Source of the DNA: Cycas panzhihuaensis
Lineage: Eukaryota > Plantae > Cycadophyta
Length of the DNA: 64,000 nt
Assembly (NCBI GenBank): GCA_023213395.1
Contig: CM041465.1
Coordinates: 203,553,741 to 203,617,740 of the forward strand
Reading direction: 5' to 3'
Every line of letters starts with the position of its first letter. Positions within the stretch are counted from its first letter, which is position 1. Position numbers and translations under genes: made by a program. Below, in pieces: positions 54,386 to 64,000 of this stretch. The notes below the pieces were generated by a model. The model saw only the letters and a list, made by a program, of their open reading frames with translations, searched no databases and was not told the origin of the DNA.

Positions 54386-57300
54386 TGTTGGGTATTGTGA
54401 CAACAATTATAGGCCTAAAATTATGGCATGTTTTCGGCGCGGTTTCCCCCCCTAATCTTTCTCGGGGGGTTCCAAGGAGCCCCCTTGTCGGGGTGTGGGG
54501 GTGGAACGCCTGCTAGAGGGGTTCGGGCGATAGCCCCCGACCTGAAAAATTGACCATGTAAACCTTATTAAAGTGTAAAGAGAATCAGGGTCGTTCAAGA
54601 AAATAACCCTAGATTCTACGGTTGAGATTTAGGTCTTGGATGTCCTCTCATGTAGCCCGTTTTAGGGCTTTTCTTGTTATGTTGTAATGTTATGCAATGT
54701 ACTGTGAAGAGGGCGGCGACTGATTGTTGTTCCAGAGAGCACTCTGTATCTGTGATGTACTATTTCTCCATTCTGCAACAATAAAGGTCGATACCTTTCC
54801 TGTGTGGATGTTTCCCTAGCACACTGCTAGGGTTTTACCACGTTATATCGAGTGCACATGTGATGTTTGGATTTCATTGTCTTGTTACTGTATAATCTCT
54901 GGTTTTAAGAACTTGCATGTAATTTGTATGTTTCATTTCTGTAACTAGTTGTAAGAAAGTAATAGATCTTGGTGGCTGTTAGAGGGTTGGACCTTCTATT
55001 CTCAACAAGTGGTATCAGAGCCACTCTTTTCTTGCAAATGAGTTTGTGAAGGTTTTGGTGTCGGCTTTTCTACACCAAATGGCGAAACTCGAGTGCAAAG
55101 TTTGAGGTGGAGAAATTCAATGGCAAGAACAACTTCGAGTTGTGGAAGCTAAAAGCGTACGATACTCTTGTGCAGCAAGGTTTGTACAAAGCCCTTGCAA
55201 GAAAATCGAAGAAACCCGTGGGGATGGACGATGATGAATGGGATGATTTAGACAAAAAGGCACTTAGCACAATACGATTGTGCTTGGCGGATGAAGTTTT
55301 GTTTAACATCGCAGGGAGCATGCCAGCAGGATTATGGACCCGGTTGGAAGGCTCAGATATGACCAAATCAGTAACGAATCGAATCTACCTGAAGAGGCAA
55401 CTGTACTCATTATGGATGAAGGAAGGTGCAAAAATTGCTGATCATTTAAATGTTTTCAATACTCTTATTTGTCAATTGACTAGTATTGATGTTAAAATTG
55501 AGGATGAAGACAAGGCGATTCTCGTTATGCTCATTACTTGAATCACAGGATAATATTGTCACCTCAATCAGTTTAGCACTACAGATGAATTGGAATATGA
55601 CTCTATTGTGAGTGCTTTGCTAATGGAAGAAGTGCGGAGGAAGTCTAGTCTTGAAACCACCACACTGGAAGCCATGACAAGAAGGGGTAGAACGCTTAAG
55701 AGAGGACAAAACCTGTGGATACATTGAGATCCAAGTCAAAGAGCAAAAAGAGTAAGCTCAGGTGTTGGCATTGTAATAAGACCGGTCACCTCAAGAAGGA
55801 TTGTTACAAAAGGAAGGAGTTCCAGAAAAAGGAAGATCCTGCCAAGGAGGCGAATCAGGTGGAGTCAAATGAAGGTATGGATGATGATGTCTTGGTTGCT
55901 TGTAATGTTTCTCATTATCACCATGACTGGTTATTAGATTCAGGTGCTTCATACCACATGTATCCACAAGAGTTGGTTCTCATCATACCAACCTCTTGAT
56001 GGTGGTGATGTGCTTATGGGAAACGAAGTTTCTTGTAAGACAGTGGGCATTGGTAGCATCAGAATTAAGATGTTCGATGGGGTAGTCGAACATTAATCGA
56101 GGTTAGACATGTACCGATTTGAAAAGGAACCCGATTTCCTTGGGTGAATTAGATTCGGGTGGTTTTAAGCATGTGTCATGAAGGAGTCCTAAAGGTGTCA
56201 AAGGCGCCTTGGTTGTTATGAAAGCCTTAAAGAGAGGAAATCTTTATATTTTAGTGGGAAGTACGGATGTCACCAAGCAACTACGGTGTCAAAGACTGCA
56301 GAAGATCCCGCGCCTATGGCATCAAAGACTTGGGCACATGAGTGAGAAAGGACTTAAGGTCTTGATAAACCGTAAGTTACTTCCTAACTTGCGCCTTTCG
56401 ATTTGGCTTTCAGAACATTGTGTTTTTGGAAAAGCGTGTAGACTCAGTTTAAAGTAGGAGTCACACTAGTAAAGGCGCTCGGATTACATACATTCGAGAT
56501 GTGTGGGGACCAAATTTCAAAATATCTTGTGGAGGATCATTGTATTTTGTCACATTTATAGATGATTACTCCAGGAAGGTATGGGTCTATTTTTTGAAAA
56601 GGAAATCTGAAGTTTTCAATGTGTTTAAGCAGTTTAAGGCTTTAGTTGAGAACAGTACTGGTAAGACAATCAAATGTTTAAGAACTGACAATGGAGGCGA
56701 ATTCAACTCCTTGGAATTTGAGAACTATTGCATAGAAGCTGGGATCGAAAGACACAAGACCACTAGCTATACTCCGCAGCAAAAAGGCATTGCTGAGCGC
56801 ATGAATAGGACACTCCTGGAAAGAGCAAGAAGCATGCTAAGTAATGCAGGAGTGGAGCAGTGGCTTAGGCGTGTCGCTCAAGCGATTTTGTTATCCGTAA
56901 ACAGTCACCATTAGTTGCAATAGATTGTAAGATTCTCAAGAGGTATGGACTGGACATCCGTGTGATTATTCAAATTTAAAAGTTTTTGGTTGTGATGCTT
57001 ATGCCTGGACTGACAAAAGTAAACATTCAAAGTTAGACCCAAAATCCAAGAGATATATCTTTGTTGGTTATGGTGATAAGGATGGTGTGAAGGGATACAG
57101 GTTGTGGGACCCTACTGCCCACAAAATCACCATTAACGGAGATGTCATATTTGTGAATCTCCTTGTAAAATCGCATGTGTAGAAACAAAATGAAACAGAG
57201 CAACAAGATGAACATCAACAAGTTAAGTTTGAAATGCAACCATCTGTGGAATCAAGAGCATGAAGATCTTCTCGAAGATGAATCGACAATGCATCCACGT

Positions 57301-59545
57301 GAGTATGCGGATACTCCTCTGCCAACAGTTAGAAGATCTACACGAGTTAGTCATCCACCGATGTACAACCCTTCTATTTCTATTGCTTTAGTTTCTAATG
57401 ATGGTGAGCCCACATGTTATCGTGAAGCGAGAGATGATATCCATGGAGAGAAGTGGGTAAGGGCTATGCAGGAAGAGATAGATGCCTTGAAGAAAAACCA
57501 TTCATGGGACTTGGTAGAACTTCCACATGGCAGGAAGACTGTTGTGGCTTTGCACAGAAAGTAGGTATTGACTTTCATGAGATCTTTTCACCAGTTGTTA
57601 AACTTGTTTCAATTCGAGTGTTGTTAGCATTGGTAGCTTCTCTCGATTTGGAGTTGGAGCAGTTAGATGTAAAAACAACTTTTTTACATGGAGATTTAGA
57701 TAAGGAGATCTATATGGATCAACCAGAGGGGTTTGTACAAGATGGCAGGAAAAGACTTGTTTGCAGGCTCAAGAAATCATTGTATGGCCTGAAGCAATCA
57801 CCCAGGCAGTGGTACAAGAAGTTTGATGCCTTCATGGAGAGCCAAAATTTCAAAAGAAGTGAGTATGATCATTGTGTTTACTTCAAATTTATGGACAATG
57901 GCTTATTCATTATCTTGGTGTTATATGTTGATGACATGCTGGTTGCAAGCAAGAGCATGGTAGAAATCAATAAACTAAAGGCTCAATTGGCTAGGACTTT
58001 TGATATGAAGGATCTAGGAGTCAAAAACAAATCTTAGGCATGGAGATACACAGAGATGGAAAAGTGGTAAGCTATGGTTATCACACAGAAATATGTGGAG
58101 AAGGTGCTAACCAGGTTTGGGATGGTAAATGTGAAACCAGTGAGTATCCCATTGGCTTCCCACTTCAAGCTTTCATCTAATATGAGTCCTAGTAGTGAAG
58201 AAGGAAAGGATTATATGTCTCGTGTGCCTTATGCCGCGGCAAGAGGGAAGTTTGATGTATGCCATGGTATGTACAAGACCTGATATTTCACATGCAGTCG
58301 GTGTAGTTAGCAGGTTTATGGCAAAACTAGGAAAGGAGCATTGGGCTGCAGTGAAATGGGTGCTTCGGTATTTGAGAGGCACTAGTGATTACTGCATCAC
58401 CTTTGGAGGTACAGGTAATCAGGTTTGTGGATACATTTTGCAGGAGATTTAGACAAAAGAAGGTCTACTTCATGTTATGTTTTCACTCTTGCAAATGGTC
58501 CAGTTAGTTGGATGTCCAAATTGCGAGAGCACAATTGCAATCACAACCACTAAGTGAATATATTGTCAAAGACATGCTTGTAAAGAAGTAATCTAGTTAC
58601 AGGGTCTATTGGTTGAGCTTGGAAGGAGACAGGAAAATGTAAAGGTATTTTGTGACAGTCAAAGTGCTATTTACCTAGCCAAGAATCTAGCTTATCACAG
58701 TAGAACAAAGCATATTGCTTTAAAGTACCATTTTGTTAGACAGGTTGTGGAAGCAGGTGGAGTGGCACTTGAGAAGATTCACACCAATCGAATTGTCGAT
58801 ATATTCACTAAACCAGTACCATTAGAGAAGTTCAAATGGTGTTTGACTTCTCTTGGCTTGCAGAAAAGATGATGAAGGATCCAAAAAAGGTAGCGGGTAA
58901 TTGTTGTCAAGGTGGAGATTGTTGGGTATTGTGACAACAATTATAGGCCTAAAATTATGGCATGTTTTCGGCGCGGTTTTACCCCCTAATCTTTCTCGGG
59001 GGGTTCCAAGGGAGCCCCTTGGCCGGGTGGGGGTGGAACGCCCTCCACTAGGAGGGAGTTCGGGGGCGATAGCCCCCGACCCGAAAAATTGACCATGTAA
59101 ACCTTATTAAAGGGTAAAGAGAATCAGGGTCGTTCAAGAAAATAACCCTAGATTCTACGGTTGAGATTTAGGTCTTGGATGTCCTCTCATGTAGTCCGTT
59201 TTAGGGCTTTTCTTGTTATGTTGTAATGTTATGCAATGTACTGTGAAGAGGGCGGCGGCTGATTGTTGTTCCAGAGAGCACTCAGACCGTGATGTACTAT
59301 TTCTCCATTCTGCAAAGAATAAAGGTCGATACCTTTCCTGTGTGGATGTTTCCCTAGCACACTGCTAGGGTTTTACCACGTTATATCGGGTGCACATGTG
59401 ATGTTTGGCTTTCATTGTCTTGTTATTGTATAATCTCTGGTTTTAAGAACTTGCATGTAATTTGTATGTTTCATTTCTGTAACTAGTTGTAAGAAAGTAA
59501 TAGATCTTGGTGGCTGTTAGAGGGTTGGACCTTTTATTCTCAACA
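54386..59545 (+). mobile_element. Full-length Ty1/Copia element (Tnt1/Tork-like) nested in Gypsy gag
   Basis: LTRs 54386-55007 and 58920-59545 (TGTTG...CAACA). Perfect TSD CCAAG. PBS TGGTATCAGAGCC at 55010-55022. PPT AAGGTGGAGA. Order gag-PR-INT-RT-RH. Confidence 0.97.
55079..58872 (+). pseudogene. Copia gag-pol, frameshifted
   Basis: EKFNGKNNFELWK, CWHCNKTGHLKKDC, WLLDSGASYHM, LRTDNGGEF, YGLKQSPRQW, YVDDML, CDSQSAI, DIFTKP. Confidence 0.93.
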
Positions 59546-62066
59546 CCAAGGATGGACGACTACAGAGATTTTGGGAAGTTGATCTTCAATGACACTTCAG
59601 ATGCAACCGAGCATGCATACCTATTTCAGAATTTGATTAATGTGAAGAAGATTACGGATGAAGATGAGATCAAAGCGAGATTTGCATGTACATTGAGGGG
59701 AGTACCATTGGCATGGTACAAAAAAATAGACAAGAATGAATCATGGGCTAAGATCAGGAAATCTTTTGAGGAAAGATTTCAGAAATTTAGAAGCAATGAG
59801 GCAGTGGAAATTGCTTTGAGGGAGATAAAGCAAAGACCTGGTGAATCGGTACTGACCTATATCAGTAGAATGAAAATTATTGCAGCGAACATGATAAACG
59901 AAACAGTGATGGATCACAATATGAAGAATTATTTCGTCAAAGGACTAAATGAGAAACTAAGGTCTATGATGCAAGCACACCCGTTGAAGTCTTTTAAGAA
60001 TGCTCAGGATTTGGCATTAGACTATGAAATGGAGATGGATGCCCAGGTAGGAGGACATGACCCTCTCCTATTGAGGTTGCAGTAAGAAATTAGGGAAATA
60101 AAACAAAATCAACATAATCGACCCTTCTGTCAAGTAGGAGTATCAGAAGAGGAATCGGAAGTTGAAGCCTTAAGAAAAGAGGTAGCAAGGCTAAAAATGA
60201 GAAACAGTAGGGAAGAAGAAACAACAAAGAAAAAGAAGGATCATGTGGAAAAAGGGTGTCATATTTGCGAAGAGAGTTTGCATACGACGAAAGAATATGC
60301 CATTAATCCCAAAAATAATGTGTTACACCAATCAGAGAAATGGTGCCACATATGTGATGTGGATAACCATACAACTAAAAGTTACTTTTATAATCCACGA
60401 GGAAGCGCATACAGAGGACGAGGTAGGGGAAGAGGAGGCAACCCACCCCGGAATGTGTATATGACAAGGAGTACACCAGAGTCGTCCAAAAGGAGACAGC
60501 CAATGGGGAGATGTTTAATATGTTTACAGTTTGGACATTGGAAATCAGAATGTCCAACTAAACAGGAGTATGAGCAGAAACCGTTTGTGTGCAGCAATTG
60601 TGGACCAAGTGAGCACAAAACGGAAGATTGTAAGGGAAAAGCAAAAGCCACCAATTTGATGATGATCATACCTGAAAATAAGAATATAAAATTGCAAAGG
60701 AAGCAAACGGAAGTTGAGGAAGATGGGTATCCAAACCCACAAACAGAAATCAATAGATTTCGACAGGCTAAGCAAGTAGTGGAGGAACTAGCCCAGGAAG
60801 AAGTTATGTTGCCAATGGAAAAACCAAAAGTTACAAAGGTGTATGTAAGGAAAAATAAGCAGAAGGAAAAAGAAAAGATATTAGAGGAACCAGAGAATCG
60901 TCCTCAAATGGTGCAAATCAAGGAATTGTTTAAAGGATTGCCCGCGGAAGATATCCCAAGGATGTTGTTGTTAATGGAAATTTTGGTTAAACAATTACAA
61001 CTAACCATCCCCTTACACCAAGTGATCGATTGGATCAAGGGAGGTATACTACAGCAAGGGTTTACAAAATGTTTGAAGAAAGTTATGCCATCATTTGATG
61101 TGGATCCTACGGTGACGATTACAGTATTGGGAGAAACATTTCCGAAGGTGATTGTTGATGGGGAGCAAAAGAATGTTCTGCCTACTTCCACATGGCGGAA
61201 ATTGGGGAGCCCAAAGCTGGAAGCAACAACGTACTCATTGAAGTTGGCGAATGAACTTCTGGTGCGACCTATGGGGAAATTAGCAGATATCAGAGTAGAC
61301 GTGGCAGGAATTGTGGTGAAAATTGATTTCACAATCGTTGAAACGGAAAATGGAGGAATACCCTATCCGGCCTTATTAGGGAGGCCATGGCTATACAAAA
61401 CCCAATGTTCACAGAATTGGAAAAATGTAACTTTTACTCTGTCGGATGGGGGAAGTGAAGTTGTGCTACCGATGCTTGGGAAGAACTCCATCGAGGTAAT
61501 ACCCGACAATGGATCAAGTACAACAGTTATGAGTGAGGCCACAGCTTCTTCGTTGGATGAAGAACATCTTTTTCATACTGTTGAAGAACCTAGTCAACTA
61601 GTTGATTGCCAGGAGGAGGATCCGACCCGCTTCGGAGACATATACAACTCTTCAGACGACGAGAATGGAATGAAATTCATGGACTATTGGCTGCAGGATG
61701 CTTATGAGGTGCATTTTCCTTCTCATAGATGTAATCTATTCTTTAAATGTGCAATTATAAACATTGATAATAACACAAATTCTTTTGAGTATATGGTGTC
61801 CAATACTAACCTGGTAGATAGTGTAGAAACTAACTTAAACCTAGACCTAAATTCCCCTAGTATACCTAGTATTTCTCATAGTTTTATTATAACTAGTAGT
61901 AGCCCTAATTTCCCATCTGCTTCCGGTGTGGGTCTAGAAGTAGATTCCCTACTCCCCCACTAGTACAACCCGAAGAAGGGAGTAATATTCCTTCCTCATC
62001 TTCTTTAGAAGTATACCCAACCCGAAGAAGAGGTCCCTTCCAACGATTGGCGCCAAACCCAAGGGA

Positions 62067-64000
62067 ATGGAAGGAAACCTAGCAGAAAGTACTTCTATAG
62101 ACTCAGGTCTAGGGAATAAAATAGTTATCCCGGAAGAACTTAACTTCGGAACTTATATTGGGAATCATGTTAAACCTTTCTACGGAGACCAGTCGTATGG
62201 AACTACACACTTAACTCATTGTGTAGAATATTGGATAGAAAATGATTACTGGGATAAAAACCAATGGAAGATAGATTTGATACTAACCCTAAGGGAAACG
62301 GCTTGGTATTGGTACTTAGCCCACCAAGCTACCTTCCAAAATTGGAAAGATTTGTTAACCGCATTTAGAATACGATTCGATTACCCGAATCAATTAACTA
62401 TTCCATTATTCCATATAGGTAATAATCCTGAGGAACACATACGTAATCAGAAAAGAAGTGATCCTTTTAGGAATACCAAAAGGAACTTGGGTTAATCACT
62501 TTTATCATACCCTAGGAAGAGTTGCAAAAGAATGGTTCTTAGGAAAAGAACCAAATTCGGATATCAATTGGGAAAACTTGAAGGGATCTTTCGTAAAAAC
62601 TTTTACATACTCAGCAGAAGGTACGAAAGTCGACAAAATCCTAAAAAATATTAGAAAAATGAGTATAAACCTAGAACAGGGAATTAGAGTAGCAAATGAA
62701 GAGAAGGAGGAATCAGAAGAAGAAGACAGTCCAAACTATCCTGCAGAATATATAGAAATAAACATTGGAGAGAGAGAATTAGAACATACTCCTGCCCATC
62801 AACTTGGAAACGAAGGTGAAGTTGAAGTGACTAAAGCAAAAATTACTGAAATCAATATAGGAAGTCAACAGGATCCCAAAAAGATACGGATCAGAGACTA
62901 TTGGGATAATCAGATGATAGCAAAAGCTCAGCAATTGTTTGAAGAGTACCGTGATGTATTCGCATGGTCATATAAGGATCTGAAAGGGATTCCCCCCGAA
63001 ATTGGGATGCATCACATTGATCTAATAGAAGAAGCGAAACCAGTAAAGCAAAGGCCATATAGAATGAATCCCAAATACAAAGAAAAGGTGAAAACGGAAT
63101 TAGATAAGATGTTGGAAGTTGGGTATATTTATGAGATTGATTACAGCGATTGGGTGAGCCCTGTGGTAGTAGTTCCAAAGAAGAATGGAAAAATACGTGT
63201 CTGTGTGGATTACAGACAATTGAACAAAGTAAAAAAAGGACCCCTTTCCATTACCCTTCACAGAAGACATTCTGGAAACTGTGGGAGGGAATGAAGTATA
63301 TTCTTTCACTAATGGGTTCAGCGGATACAACTAAGTACAGATTGCTTCGGAAGATCAAGCCAAAACCACATTCGTTACCGAATAGGGGACATACGCCTAC
63401 AGAGTGATGTCGTTTGGATTGACAAATGCTCCAGCTACATTCCAGAGAATAGTAATCAACATATTTCGGAAGATGATTAAAGACAAAGTGGTGATATTTT
63501 TGGATGATTGGACCTTATACGAGCTGATAAAAAATCATATGGAAAACTTGAAAGAAATGCTACAAACGTGTCGTGAAAGTAAGTTGTGTCTAAACCCAGA
63601 AAAATGTATCTTTTTGGTACCCTTCGGGAATTTATTGGGGCATATCGTTAGCAAAGAAGGATTGCTAATAGATCTAGCCAAAGTTTCTGTAATTTTGCAT
63701 TTTTCGATACTGCTTACGAGGAAGCAGTTGAAAGGTTTTTTGGGATTGACGGGATATTATAGAAAATTTATCAGAGGATATGCATACATATCAGGACCTT
63801 TAGAGGAACTATTGAGGAAAAATATTGAATGGGAATGGATGACGACCCGGTAATGCATTCGAAACTCTGAAGAAAGCCATTGTATCAGCACCTATATTAC
63901 GATTTCCTAATTGGACAAAAACTTTCCATGTGCATGTGGACGCTTCGCTATACACTATTGGATGCGTATTAGCTCAACCAAGTGATGACAAGATAGATTA
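62067..64000 (+). pseudogene. Extra tandem gag-like domains followed by RT and the RNase H start (frameshifted pol)
   Basis: ORFs 62067-62495, 62458-63294 and 63404-63853; see findings. Confidence 0.85.

Larger units (their letters stand above)
53706..61963 (+). pseudogene. Gag-zinc knuckle-protease ORF split by a Copia (53706-54385 joined to 59551-61963)
   Basis: Removing the Copia and one TSD restores the frame (..MQSPR|MDDYRDF..). A single TAA at 60083-60085 separates two same-frame ORFs. Capsid LRGVPLAWY..W..F..KQRPGESV, knuckles, PR VIVDG..NVLP..ALLGRPWL. Confidence 0.9.
25395..64000 (-). other. Putative giant last intron of MHX (over 38.6 kb, 5' donor outside the window)
   Basis: Canonical 3' splice site at 25395-25396. 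The expected upstream exon (GTSWPDL..ADSAIANITC) was not found by eye or in the ORF track. Confidence 0.65.
52754..64000 (+). mobile_element. Young non-chromovirus Ty3/Gypsy element (Phygy/Selgy/outgroup-like pol), truncated by the window edge
   Basis: Probable 5' LTR 52754-53566 (TGTTG...CAACA), PBS 53568-53580, then gag, zinc knuckles, PR, RT (SPVVVVPKKNGKIRVCVDYR; MSFGLTNAPATFQR; FLDD) and the RH start (FHVHVDAS). Confidence 0.92.

Noticed and set aside
54386-54455. C-terminus of ORF 53706-54455 and N-terminus of ORF 59507-60085 as real protein ends
   Set aside because: Both are read-through into Copia LTR sequence; the true ORF joins 54385 to 59551.
60375-61332. Antisense ORFs opposite gag/protease
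   Set aside because: Shadow frames of a long sense ORF.

Overview
AT-rich plant nuclear DNA from a large, TE-rich genome (gymnosperm-like; this is inference). The only host coding sequence I can support is the last exon of a Mg2+/H+ exchanger gene (MHX, minus strand, 25097-25394). I could not find the preceding exon, so all of 25395-64000 appears to be one intron of more than 38 kb, filled with nested LTR retrotransposons. These are: (i) a non-autonomous Gypsy (gag-protease only) carrying a Copia with non-canonical TG..CT LTRs; (ii) a chromovirus carrying a second chromovirus in its RNase H; (iii) a small Copia derivative and LTR remnants; (iv) a young non-chromovirus Gypsy running off the right edge, whose gag is split by a Tnt1/Tork-like Copia with a perfect TSD. 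Element (iv) is the most unusual. It has a tRNA-Glu-type PBS, a long acidic gag N-terminus, four zinc knuckles, and two extra tandem capsid-N-terminal (Retrotrans_gag-like) domains between the protease and the RT. Downstream of MHX (1-25 kb) lie one complete old chromovirus and many decayed TE fragments. All alignments were done by eye, so boundaries of decayed pieces are approximate.
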